NCBI GenBank assembly: GCA_040954595.2
Contig: CM082596.2
Span: forward strand, 2,412,999 to 2,476,998
DNA from: Balanoglossus misakiensis
Taxonomy: Eukaryota > Animalia > Hemichordata
Direction of reading: 5' to 3'
Length of the DNA stretch: 64,000 bases
In this document: in pieces, positions 12,386 through 24,904 of the stretch
Numbering within the stretch: position 1 is the stretch's first letter
Layout of the letters: every line of letters begins with the position of its first letter
Notes under the pieces: model-generated
Databases searched by the model: none
What the model was told of the DNA's origin: nothing
Seen by the model: the letters and a program-made list of their open reading frames with translations, nothing else
Translations under genes and position numbers: made by a program

Positions 12386-15300
12386 ACCCATTAAACCACA
12401 TTACCTGTATTTGCGTGAATTTGTCATCTATTGGCAATGGATTACTTGAATAAAAAAATTGGGGTTCTTGTGGTGATTTAAATTCACCGCCATTTTCTTG
12501 GGCTTGCCACGCGACAGGCGTCCACGCTTCCCGATGGACGACACCGTTTTTGAAGATTTAAATATACATGCGCGCATACCACGCGCCACAATACTTGAGG
12601 TTTACTGGTTGTTAAATGTTACAATTATTAAAAGGAATTTACTGTACCTTTCGGCAATCTCTGATACTGCGTGTTGTTTACTAAAAAAAATATGGAAAAA
12701 AATACGAAGATGTTCAAATATACATGTATCATCAAATTTAAAACTCAAACTTATTGCTTTTTATACAAATGACAAAGGCATACATGGCAGATTAAAATCA
12801 TTTTAGACTTCTAATATGAAAGCCTTTGCAAATTACGCTGCTTCATACGATTTCATTTATCTATGACATAATGACCCTTGACCTTACATTTGGCTACTTG
12901 TAGACAATATTGCAACATGTTGCACCCCATTAGCCAGACTTAACAGACCGTGAAATCTTCGAATTACGGTATTTTACCACAGCTAAGCTGAAACTTTATT
13001 AGCCGACATCACCGCGTAGGTATCATACAAAAAAGAGAGTATCTTACCCATTTTTTTCGTCTTTCAGAGTCCGTCCATCACTGTAGGCAGTCGAGCGTAC
13101 GTGCAGAACAATTTGCATAACGGCACTTCCGGTCACTTTCTCAAATTATTCGAAGAGCAAAGAAAGCGTTGGGGTCGCTTTGAAATCACTGAACACTTGC
13201 GTTTGTTCATATATAAAAAATGGACAGTTTATTTCCATTTTACTTCAAGAAAACATACTTCTTTCAGTGAGAGAAAAATATTTCATAACGTGGTGCGCGC
13301 GTCATGCCATCGCGCGCCTGTTCATTGCGTTTGAGGAAGGAAAATAAAAAAAAAGCCACATCAAGGCCTATATTCTCCCAAAACTTTCATACCTTGCATT
13401 TTTACCCGATGGTACATACATCAAAATTACAAAATTTTCGTTGTTGACCTTCAGATAGTTCAATAAAGGTTATTCGCGTTCGTTCACCCGAAGAAACAAT
13501 ACAGATAGATAAATTTCACCTGTATAGGGTGTAATCAACATGTGTGTTTTTGCTTGTATATTTCTTCTTCTAAATATTTCGTGTGAAATGGAGAAGCTGA
13601 TCCGCCGAGGTGTAAACCGGGAATGCACGTGCAATGCCGTACGCCGTAAAAACCACAAAACCTCACCTTTTCTTTTACAAAAACAACTTAAAACGTTACA
13701 TTTTGTACACGTGCTGAAGGGAGAGCAGGCGGGAAGCAGCAAAATCGATCATGCAAATTCACGCAAGTCATGCACGTGTTCTTGGGCATGGTTGTTTGTT
13801 CATTTCTTTCCAGACGAAGTTGGTTCATTTGTAGATACTTTGTATCAAATGTATCATTTTATCAAATTACCATGGTTCCCGTGCGTGGCGCTTCGCGGTT
13901 GCGTTGATGAATCGATGACGCAATGGGCGGGGCGTGGCCTATTGTAAGGAGGGCGGGGCTTACTAAAACTTTGTGATATGTGAGGTGTGTGTAATTTCCA
14001 CATCTTCCACTCTGTGGTCCGATCATCGGGTATCCCCAAAAATAAAAGCGCCCTCTGTATTAGCGGTACTCGGGTCTATCGGGGCCACACTTGTGACATA
14101 CCTCTACTAGATATAAACGTCGATATACATGTAACACGAAATATGAATTCATTCGCGAGCAAATCACTTCCACAGTCAGTGTGGACGCAGTCCTTCTCGC
14201 TACTTAGGAACAGTGAAGGCCAGGCGTTGGCGGCTCCTCCCCAGACAGGGGCTTGACTCACCTTTGTGGTTACAAACTAAGGATCACTTTTACATGTAAA
14301 AACATGAAGTACGCGGAAACGGGTCAATTATACCAGGAAAGAAACATTTCCCTCGGTGATATGTCTCCCTATAGAGGTAGAGGACCCCCCTCCCCTCCCC
14401 CACTGTCTCAAAGTTCATAATTGTCTCTTTTATTCGGTTGCGGACAGGTAGGATGTTGTAGGCATATACTTTCTAGAAAAAACGACAGTTTTCTGAATGC
14501 GGGTTGGATTTGTTTGCTCAGTTCTGTTGTTAGAGTCATATGACGTCATCATTAATACCTTCGATTGTTCGCATCAAATCTGAACACAATAGTATAAACA
14601 CGCGGTCATCCAAATACTTTGATACCACCACTTTGATAAAATTGGTGAAATTTTACAGGGGGGATACTTCTTTCTACCTTGAAAAAAACCCGAAAATTTT
14701 CGGCATGTTACGTGTGGCTCACGTAAATTAAACTGCGTCGTAAAAAAAGATCGACCGAGAGGGTGTGTCCTCAAATGGCCTTGCGGCCGACGTGACTGGA
14801 TCATTTTTGGCTTCATATCAACAGTGCGGCTTTTCGGCTGTGATGGCTTCCTCCTCGTTTCCGAGTCGATCTTTAGTCTGTGCAAGGTTCAAATTGTTGG
14901 TGACGAGGTTGAAGAAATTGAGATTGGATATACAAGATGCACTAAAATGAGATGTTGATTTTTTTTATTGTTGAACTATAATTCAGCTTTTCGCGTTAAA
15001 AGTTTTATTATAGTTTTTAAAAATCACACATAATCCGCGAACGGTAGATATGGGGGAAGACCCAAGTTCAAGCACCCCAGTCGAGAACTTGAGATTGGCG
15101 TATCCGTGACGAGAAAAGGTCACGGTAAACTTGACCTGACTTGACTCTACTTGGGAATTTCATAATTGCGTATCTTCGAAAAGAATTTTACACATCGCCA
15201 CGGTCCCTGTCAACGCATATGAACTAGTCACGTCAACTAAACTTGGTACCGTAATTTATCGCACGCAATGTACGTCCGGTATATTACATATATTATCTGA

Positions 15301-16301
15301 CATTCGCGTCAAATATATTGCCTTAATCATCCTCATGTGACCGAAAGACGACAAAACAGTCTACGTAAAAACTGCGTGGGTGTACATATAGGAGACCTGG
15401 ACGCACGTTAATACCTAAACACGCTCACCTAATTTTTCAATGGGGCCCAATGGTGATAACGTATAACTGTGGTGGTAGCTCCCACAATTTAGTGGTACAG
15501 CTGGTGTATTTGGGATGTATAAACAATCAAAAGTATGAAAGTGCATTGCAAAGATTGGTTTCGATGTCTATTACATGTACGAATGTAGTCGATTATATTT
15601 CATGATTAGTGCAATAGTGTAGTGGCCGGCCACGCGAGGACAATGGCATAGTTAGCCGTGTAAGGTAGCAAGAAAATGATTTACGGGGTGTGTACGGAGA
15701 GTGAGTCAGTTTCCTTCAACAAGTCGCGGAACAATCGTAATATATGCCAGGGAGTTTTTACAATGCACGTACTTCCGTCAAAGCGCCCAACAACGTAACG
15801 CGCGCGTCCGCGCGACGAAATCTCATTCCAGAAGCGCCCTCAGTACGCGCGGTGGGATAACATTGGGTATGACCATGCCGGTATTTCCCGCTCTATTCCA
15901 TGTATGGCGATTCTGTTACGTAGTCGCTTATTGTACTCTATCACGCTTGATTGCAACCTACAGAGAGTGCAAACACGGTCATGTGACGAGTTGTTTTTCC
16001 GTACGTCGCAGAAACGCCCCCAAAGTTGAACGAGCTTGTTTTTGTTTGTTTTTTTCGCGGGGAAAACTTATCGCCCCTCTCCCCCTGCGAATATCGCTTG
16101 AGTTCGTGGTTGTTTCACCATTCGCCAACTTTTTGAGGGTTTCTCCATACAACATGAGGTTGAATTGTTACGTGCGCAGTTGTAAACATGGTGAAAATTG
16201 GCGAGATTATCCTAAGAAAACCTCGTCTCGGTAATTTGGCCACTGGGGCTGATGTGATTGGTTGAACTTTTGTTTGCCTCGAAGTGACATGCGTATATGC
16301 A

Positions 16302-16315
16302 CCTTATTTGGAAGT
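16302..16315 (+). promoter_or_regulatory. CArG box (CCTTATTTGG) overlapping an ETS core (GGAAGT): serum-response-element-like
   Basis: Perfect CC(A/T)6GG at 16302-16311 running into GGAAGT, about 560 bp upstream of the ZFP36 ATG. Confidence 0.5.
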
Positions 16316-16373
16316 GCGCATTGGTTCTTTTCATCCGATTACTATCAATCAGACCACATGGGGTTGTTTGTCA

Positions 16374-16381
16374 TGACGTCA
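16374..16381. promoter_or_regulatory. Palindromic CRE (TGACGTCA)
   Basis: Exact match about 490 bp upstream of the ZFP36 ATG. Confidence 0.45.
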
Positions 16382-16870
16382 CGAGATATATTTAGCAACA
16401 ATGGTCCCAGTTCACGTGTGGTTTCCAAAGAGCCTATTATTCATCTTCTCCTTTATGATTCGAATGAATTCCAATACACGGCCGCCATAGTTCTACAGAA
16501 ACTTCGAAATAACTTTACACAGTGTTGCTCGGTGGACAGCAAAACTTCAAGTCAGACCAAGTCTCCCATTGACAACTTCCCGCCACTTTCTTGGGGCAAC
16601 GCAAGAAGTCGCCACAGAGTAGCGAATCGTGCGATTGCAACTTGAGAAGTGTGTAACAAAAGGCTCTGTTGCTATAGAAATGGCGCAGTAGTTTGACAGG
16701 TCCTATTGATAATAAGCTCCGCCTTCTTGTCACTCATTAATCACGGCCTCTGTTATCTCAATCACGTATCGTCCACCAACGGTCTAAAAGCAAAAAGGTG
16801 GTACGGAGCTAGTCTCAGTTTTAGTCGATCGGTCTGGTCCATTCGGGAAGTTTCAACCAGTTCTTACAAC

Positions 16871-16924
16871 ATGTCTACTGCACTGGTGTCAGCCTTCTAC
16901 GACGTTGGCGATGTTCTGTATAAG
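16871..16924 (+). CDS. ZFP36L1: ZFP36L1/L2-like (TIS11 family) coding exon 1
   Basis: CAACATG start; MSTALVSAFYDVGDVLYK matches the N-termini of ZFP36L1/L2 (MTTTLVSA.. / MSTTLLSAFYD..); AAG|GTAAGG donor. Paralog symbol is nominal: probably a single pre-duplication ortholog. Confidence 0.9.
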
Positions 16925-17186
16925 GTAAGGCAGAACGTTCCACATGGGGCGATCATTCAATCAACCGGGGTCTCTCACAAGTTTCTTTATTTTTTCGAAA
17001 CTTTTCGATTCTCATCATCCAGCGTGGTCGTGTATCGTGTATATGAATGACGGTTGATGTATCGAAATTTAAATTCAGACATCGTGATCACCCAACTGTT
17101 GAATCTTGTACATTTCAGTCATATGTACTATTACACGCGCACTTGTTCGTTACTAACGCGAAGATTTGTTTCTTTCCGTCTTACAG

Positions 17187-18239
17187 CAAGCCAGCCGAAA
17201 TCAACTAAGGGGAGACAGGAAGGCAGTGGGTACGCCGATCGGTATGAATCAACGTCGACACTCTTCCAACGGACCGCTTAGCCTTACCATCGGTAATGTC
17301 AGCAATAACAAGACCTCGACATCTCTAGTCTCTGGTCTCACCGAATCGACCCTTCTGAACAACAAGGAAAACCGACACAGGGATCGTGCTTTCAGTGAAA
17401 GCGACGGCAATAACGCCAACTCTAAGCGTAACCAAATCAACTCCAGTCGCTACAAGACAGAACTGTGTCGCCCCTTCGAAGAGAACGGGACATGCAAATA
17501 CGGAGACAAGTGCCAGTTCGCCCACGGTATGCCCGAAGTGCGCAGCCTGAACCGTCACCCAAAGTACAAGACTGAACTCTGTCGTACATTCCACACCGTC
17601 GGATTTTGTCCGTATGGCCCGAGATGCCACTTCATCCACAGCGCCGAAGAGAAGAGAACGCCACAGCAAAATGTGCAAGATAACAACGTCAACGTCCCGC
17701 GAACCGTCGTCAACACGAATATGTCGCGACCCATCGAGAGGCCAAAAACTTTATTTCACAGTCTAAGTTTCAGTGGCACCCCCAGTACTGATCTGTCACA
17801 CACAGGTATGGCGTTGAGCCCAACTTCTCTCACACCGCCACCTTCATACTATCCCGGCGACGGCATCCAGCTTAATTTCAACACTACCAACTCACTGAAT
17901 AACAACGCCAACACGTTCAATTTCGCTCAAGATCTCCCCCCGCTCATGTCGCCCATGTCTCCTTCAAGCGGTAGTCCCAACAGCCCCTTCAATTTCCCAT
18001 CACCACTGCCCGCTGGTATCAACGACACGTTATTGCAACAGCACCAACAACTGATCAATGCGAACGACAACCTGAACAACAGCGTGTTCCTCAGCGACAC
18101 TGACGGCGGCAGCCTCTCCCCGTCGCCTTCCGAATCTCTCTCCGGATCCGATCAAGAGTCTCTCGGCGGATCAATGTCTTCCACGTCGCCGATTGACCGC
18201 AGACTGCCAATCTTCAGCCGTCTTTCCATTGACGAGTGA
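17187..18239 (+). CDS. ZFP36L1: ZFP36L1/L2-like mRNA decay activator, exon 2 (full protein about 368 aa)
   Basis: ttacag acceptor, phase 0. Two RYKTEL/KYKTEL-led CX8CX5CX3H fingers with the 18-aa spacer. Tis11B N-terminal motifs DRKAVGTP, RRHS, RDRAFSE. HSLSFSG. C-terminal RRLPIFSRLS CNOT1-binding motif. Confidence 0.97.
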   Translation, partial: QASRNQLRGDRKAVGTPIGMNQRRHSSNGPLSLTIGNVSNNKTSTSLVSGLTESTLLNNKENRHRDRAFSESDGNNANSKRNQINSSRYKTELCRPFEENGTCKYGDKCQFAHGMPEVRSLNRHPKYKTELCRTFHTVGFCPYGPRCHFIHSAEEKRTPQQNVQDNNVNVPRTVVNTNMSRPIERPKTLFHSLSFSGTPSTDLSHTGMALSPTSLTPPPSYYPGDGIQLNFNTTNSLNNNANTFNFAQDLPPLMSPMSPSSGSPNSPFNFPSPLPAGINDTLLQQHQQLINANDNLNNSVFLSDTDGGSLSPSPSESLSGSDQESLGGSMSSTSPIDRRLPIFSRLSIDE

Positions 18240-19230
18240 ATACGCACCGACCCAAGGAAGTTTGAACCTTGTTAAAAAACAGCGACTGACTCGGACGTGT
18301 GATGATGATACCGACTAAAAAAACTTTTGAGGACTTTTTTCGAGAGTTAAATTAATGACTGAAGACTCTTTTTTCTGATTATTTATTATTATATTTTGTT
18401 CAAGAATACAGCTCTCATGTTTTCGTACAATTTTTAAGTCGTAAATTGTGGGGCATATTGCACAAAGTTTTTGGGGCCAATCCAAGTACGGTCTTAACTA
18501 TTTGCATTTCTTTGACTTGCTGTCGAGTTACATGGTGACTCAAAAGCTTCAGCCGAAGATGTGCTGCCTTTTTCGAGAACAATTTGACATGTGTACTGTT
18601 TTAATATAACGACGGTTTTATTTTGATGCAGAGCATGGAGATATTTTATATTGGCCTACATGTATTAACTGCTCTCTCCCAGGAAAGCACATGTACGGTT
18701 TATTTATGTTAACAGGCCTTATTTATTTGAACGTTATAAGTATGCATTTTGGTAAATTTATAATACACCTATTTATCGGGTTTCTTGATGAACATAGATA
18801 TATATTATAAACTTATGTTAAATTATGGTTATTAAAATCAGCAAGAATTTTGGAGTGTCCACTTTTTTCAATTTGGAACATTAATAATATATTGTTATTA
18901 TTATTGTCAAGTGATATTTCAGTCTTTTTATACAAAAAATCAAGAAGTTTTGCTAATATTGAAGAGCAAAGTAATTTTGACAACACTGCAATAGTTTTTA
19001 CACGTTCCAATGTTATGGAGCAAGCTTTGAAAGGTTTAAAACATTTTGTAACTGTTGGAAGCAGTCTTCTGTACAGAAATTTACTTGGTGTTTATTGACT
19101 GACCATGTTGGCGTCAATTTCCAAAACTAAAAAAACTTTGTCGTTTCTATGTACTTAATATTATATTTGTACGTGCATTTTGTAAAATCAGTGCCTTTAA
19201 TTAAAAAAGAAACGCAATTTGGGCTTTATT
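18240..19230 (+). promoter_or_regulatory. AU-rich 3' UTR of the ZFP36-family gene with ARE motifs
   Basis: TTATTTATT at 18379-18387 and 18719-18727; TATTTAT at 18701-18707 and 18770-18776; candidate ATTAAA signal at 19200-19205. Confidence 0.7.
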
Positions 19231-19405
19231 AAATTTCTGCGTCTTCTCGTTTCTTTGAAAAGCGTGGTTCCACTGGTGGATGTTATATGTGTGGTCTCCA
19301 ACTGCGGCCGAAAATCGATCGTGACCGATTTTTAAAGATGATGGCTTTGCCTCGTTTCGTGAAGGGATAGACGTGTGAAAACACTCTCTTATCACGTAGC
19401 CCAAG

Positions 19406-19425
19406 TTACACATCCTCAAGTTCAC
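19406..19425 (-). CDS. RAD51B: Candidate terminal micro-exon of RAD51B ((G)ELEDV*)
   Basis: Minus-strand acceptor atttcctttattctag|GT; phase 1 matches the donor at 52663; TAA at 19408-19406; minus-strand AATAAA at 19230-19225. No homology support for the 6 residues. Confidence 0.35.
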
Positions 19426-21611
19426 CTAGAATAAAGGAAATCCCATCATTCAATGTAAATGTACAACTCTTGTTTATTTGCCGATTTGCATGTGTACATT
19501 GCTGATAAATGCCAACTTCCTGTGTCATCGCTTCTGAAAGGCTGTGTTGAAATTTCCTCGCCGCAGTCTCATTACATATGCGACTCGACTTTTCATGGGC
19601 TATTTGTGTTTGCCCTTTTGTCTGCAAGGCTTTAGAAATCCGGTAAACAAGTAGGCTTTCGTCGTGCTCAACGTTCGATTCAAAGGCATACAATGTGTTA
19701 TTTGCATGCATTGAAAATTACCATCTCGTCGTTGTCGCCCCTTTTGGCCATTGACCCTCTAACCTCTATCTATCTTTTGGCGGGCTTTCATGCGTGTCAA
19801 TATATTGGCATGGGGCCCCTCCATCTTTAACGGTGATGCGTGCCCGATCGACAAACTTGGTGATCAAAAACATGTGTGCTGTCGACCAAAACACGTGGTG
19901 TTCAAGGCACACAGGTCTAGTTTTTGCCGATGATCTCAATCCATGGATTTTTGTCGGTGTTGTTTTATTTCATCACGCCAGTCGTTGCTTATATTTGACT
20001 GGTCGAAACTCCAGTAAACTTTTCAAAACTTGTTTCCAATTTATGTTATGCCTCGGGTTTTACTCGACTTAAACGCGAAAAGGAGATGTCTTTACTTTAT
20101 GCGGTTGGTTCGACAGGCTGTTTTATATTTAAAAGCGACCTTCACGCAGAATATGAGGAAGTTCAAAAATTCTGTACCGAAATAAAGACAACACAACCCT
20201 TGTCGATTGCGAGTGCGCGCTGCGATAAACAAGCGTTGATAGCCGTGAAATCCGACCCGTCTGCGGTTTCTATCCGCGATAAATTACAGACCATACCATT
20301 TAATTCTTAAGGGGTGGCGGCGTACATTCATGTGGATAAACAACCCTGACGCGTCCCACGGTGGATTTTCTTCCCGAAATAATGACTAGACGGCACGGAA
20401 ATGTTGTATTTGATACGACGAAATCCACCCATATGATTAAATCAGGAATCCACACCAATGACAATCAATGTCACAGCGAACGTCAAACAGGAAGAGCACG
20501 TGTGTCAACTACCAAGAAAACGCTACCAAGCGTGCCTAAATAAATGACGTCACAAGTCTTGCGCATTTTATTTACTGACGTATGTCTGCGCGTAAAAGCC
20601 GCGCTGGGACTGCGCGTCTGAGCTACTGTGTTGCGCGACTTGCGTCAATAACAACAACGGCGTGTTTTGTATGATTTTCCTCCGAAAATATGTAATCGGA
20701 AATCTTTCATCTGTAGATATACAGTTAATTTTGACGATGAAAGGGGTTTTATCATTTAACAGTGAAGTGGACAACGCGAGTTTCAACTTGTCCCAAGTCG
20801 CGTGAAAATTAAAAACAGAAACCCCGAACATTCAGTGCGCGATACACCCGAAACATACATGGGTGAGATTGCATAACTTTGCAGCAAAAAATATTATATG
20901 CTGTTTGTCACTGCTATATGTGAACTTTCTCTGGAATCTTTCGTTCGATTATCTGAATACGTCTTTGGCCTTTTCTTTGAGTTTGACCTGTTCGACAATT
21001 ATTTAAAAAAAATTAAACCGGTATTGTTCAATTAAAAGAACTGGATCGTGGGAAACGTCACAAGCCGTCTCATAATCTAAATTTAAAAATCAATCCATCC
21101 GATAGGGGTTTGTTTTTCACCCCCAAGGATGAATTGCGTTTTGTCTACGCTCGGCGAACAAAAGTCTGAACAGTGTCTGAATGCGCCTTAATTAACATAA
21201 GCAAAGAGGAGAAATCTATAGAGGGTCATACAATGTGACCCGCCTTTCAAATAGCCATTGATTGCGCATTTGTCATTGCGGTCACGTGACAGCATGCCTG
21301 TACAAGGAGCTCGGTGTAATGGAATTCAAGCGAGCGCTTTTCACCTACACAATGATGTATTGTGCTCCGTTCCTTTTCACATGATAACGAAGTTCATTTT
21401 GTTTGCTTAGGTTAGGGCTTGGGGAATTGGTCTATGCAGGAGTTTTGATCAATGCGATTAGGCCCACTGAACCAGTGTAATGAATCGATATTTTTAAAAC
21501 CCGAACGTTTTAAAATTTAAATGAACATTCCAAACTTTTTTGGTAAAAAGGTGTAACTCATCTGAGTTATAAATCGGCCATTTTGTTCGATGCAATTTTC
21601 TCCTTGACAAA

Positions 21612-21631
21612 CCATGGAGGTACCTCCATGG
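21612..21631. mobile_element. 20-bp perfect palindrome with 5-bp flanking direct repeat (micro-MITE or transposon footprint)
   Basis: ACAAA-CCATGGAGGTACCTCCATGG-ACAAA. Confidence 0.5.
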
Positions 21632-24600
21632 ACAAAATATCTAGGCTGCTTATAATCTTATAAGTTCAGAAGATGAAGGTGTTTTTGTTAATAAACTGGC
21701 TCCGTGACTTTGATTGGTGAGGAAATCTTGACGACTGCCAACAACGTTCATGGTAGACTCTTAAAAAGTAAAAGCAGGCATAGCGCATAAAGAAGCACCA
21801 CTTTACTGCCCGGTTCATTTACGCAACAAGACGAGAGCACATGGCTATGAGAAAACATGAAACAAACAGCGCTCCCCTGGTGGAGCCTGGCCCTGTCGTG
21901 GTTGAAATGCGCGAAGCGCAAGAGGTCACGTGAGCGACCTGACAGATAGTGGTAAACAAGTAGAGTCAATAGGGTGTATCACCAACTCACGAAAGCTATT
22001 GTTAGATTTTTTAATCACTCCAAAGTGAAAGACACCACACCACGTGTTGTAAAAAAAAAACCTAGCGTCTTCAGATCCAGGTTTTCAAACAATCCTCAAA
22101 GTTGTTTGATGCCAGGGTTTTTTAATGGCACAGGCTTAAAAAACAATTGCCACCTGGTCCCATACCCCCTGCCAGTCCAGTCTTCACGCAATTGATATTC
22201 AGTTCACGCATTACACAAGTATACCCCCAATAAGAGTCATCCTGTTGTGTATGGGGTCGACTGGGGCTTAGGCACCATCGCGTGGGAGTCTCAGCTATGC
22301 CGCTGGTAAATCTCTACCCTGCTTCCTTTGCGGGTCACATGACCCCGTCCCACACTTCCTCTCTTCGAAGAATAGGAATGCAGCCTGTGTCGTGATGTCC
22401 TTTCGGAAGTATAATGGGACACTTCCAAAGAAGCATTCAATAATAACCCTGCGCTGGGACCTTTTCATCTGAATCTTTTCAGACTTCCAATTATCACCTG
22501 TGGGGGTTTGTCCATCGCCTGAAAACCTCAAACTTAAATGTGAATCACGCACCAACCAAATTCATAAAACTTTGTTGTTGTTGTTGGCCCGCGTGAGCAC
22601 AAACAGTTAAATGGTTTTAGGGATGCTTTTTATTCATTTCCAGGGATTGAATCAACATCTTTCCTGCCACCTTGCAAAACGACCGTGTTTTGATAATCGT
22701 TTCTCCTAGCCACCCTGTTAGTATCGAGAGGTAAAATGACTACAGGCGGGGGATTGCAAACCTGCAAATTGTCAGATGAAAAAAGCTTCAAGCATCTCCC
22801 CCAACATCCAGTGCCAGCCGGTTCCAGGCACCAGAAATTCACTGAAAAATCAAAACAAACCAACTCCCCCCCCCCCCACATTCACCTTGAACCTACTCCT
22901 CCCCCAACTTCCTGTTCTGACAATAAATCAGGTGTTAATTGTACATAAATAATTTGTCTCTGCTTTAGTCATCATTGCTATTTTTTTTATCTATGGGTAA
23001 TCAACTTCCTGTCAGATTAATGCTGATAAGAATAAACAACCAAGGTGAAGTTTACAACCTTATCAGGCCAATTCTCTAGGTTGTAAACATTTGAAGTGTT
23101 CAATGCTGTTTTTTTCATTGATAGTGTAATAACTTGGGGGAAATAAACTGGCTACTGGTATTATTGCACACATCAGACATTCAAACAGGTTGCAGATATA
23201 TGTTGTGCAACACTGGTGATCAGTCCACGCTATGTCTGTGATGTCATGCATACCTTGAATCATTCTAGTTGTATTAGCCGGGCTGGTCAAAAGACCCCCC
23301 CCCCCCCTCCCCACACACACACACTCACACTTACAGCAAATAATAATCACTGCCAACAAGCATGCTGGACCCAATCACACAATGTGTGTTCAAATGTATG
23401 TTGCCTGTTCAGTTTGCCAGTGGGGTGGAAACCAGTCGACAATGTCTCTTTCTTCTTCGCTTGCCGGTTCTTGAAATTACATCCTGGGGATGGGATTTCA
23501 GCCCAAGCAGTGACCCACTAAATCTTGTTTTTTTTCTCGTCAGGTGTTTTTTCGTGCCGAGTTACTGAAATAGAGAAGAGAGTGCAACGTGAGTGGAACA
23601 GACTGGGCTATCTGTCATTATGTGTGGACACACAGGACCAGCCATTTAAATAGTGCCTAAATAGCTGCCATTGAAACCGTCTTGTTTGCGCAGACAACCT
23701 GAATACTTATGTTGACTCAGACACCACTCAAAGTACACCCTCTTAGGGTGCCTTTCTTTGAAACCAACAAGGCCCCCTGGGTTACCCCAAGTGTTTCATC
23801 ACAATCTCACCTGACTGTGCGCAATTAGCATGCTACTGATGACTCAGGTGAAATTGTAAAGAATGAAAACTTTCTTCGGGGCAGTTTGTGACGTCTTGAA
23901 GTTTTTTAACGAAGAAACTGCATGATCTTAAAAAATCAAATCATTTATCCCCCCCCCCCTTAGTGCAAATGGTGCCCCTCCGACTCTTACTGAGGCATCC
24001 AGGTTGAAAATTCCGCTACACAAACACGGCCACAATCCCTGTCTGAATCCACAGTGTGACCTTTGACCAATTCATCCGGCCAGTGACGTGAGTAACAAAG
24101 ACTTCAATCTGGCTGGCCTCGTTAAACCAAAGTGCGTTGACTTAGAATAAATGGGAATTACCACTATGTAAGAAGAAAGTCTCCTCCTCATGTTTGTAAT
24201 GCGCAGGGAGTCTAACCATCACCGACAAAACAACTAGTACCTGACCTCAAACACAAAACAAGACAAAGAATTCGAAACCTGGTCCCAGAGACTCACCTAT
24301 GCATGAGAACTCTAGTAGCAAATCTACGAGGAAACAGTTTTATCATCGCCATAAAAAGAAAGTGGTAGCACTTTAAACACATTGTAATCTGTATGGCCTT
24401 TTTGAAATTCTTTAGTCCTCAGGCTAACGACTTGTGTTCATGCTTTGGTGAGTTTTCTCTGTAATTGGGGGGAAGATTGAACATTCCAAAAATAGGGTCT
24501 TTTTAAATCACAGGACAGGTATGACTAATGGTCTGTCGGACAGGCAAACTGTATGTGAGGTGGATGGCGAATGTGCCATGGTGCTGGTCTGACTCCACCC

Positions 24601-24904
24601 TAGTACCGCTAAAGGGTGTGGGACTTTCTCCACTGTCGTTTCAGATTTCAAGCTCGGTGCTTGCTAGCACACTGCAGCTAGCTCGTAGAACAGGTGGTTA
24701 ATATGACAGAACAGCACGTCTGTACACTGTAGTGCAGCACACAACACTATGGGACAGTATACGCTGTGAATCAGCACAACTGAGCGTGAGTGATGCATTT
24801 TGCTTGTCGGATCATGGCGAGTCTAGTCTGCATAGTGTTGGCTGAAAGGTATACCGTGTCCAAAATCACAGACTTTAACCATAAATCTGTACATGTACCG
24901 TAAA

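Larger units (their letters stand above)
12490..16870. promoter_or_regulatory. CpG-rich upstream/promoter domain of the ZFP36-family gene
   Basis: Abrupt rise in CpG density after the TARBP1 3' end; GC boxes near 13925-13958; CRE TGACGTCA at 14541 and 16374; CArG at 16302. Confidence 0.6.

Noticed and set aside
15701-16234. 177-aa ORF upstream of ZFP36
   Set aside because: Non-ATG start, Arg/Ser/Cys-rich composition typical of chance ORFs in CpG-rich promoter DNA, no recognisable domain
21406-21424. TTAGGTTAGGG telomere-like or telomerase-template-like sequence
   Set aside because: Only about 1.5 imperfect units; no array and no associated RNA structure evident
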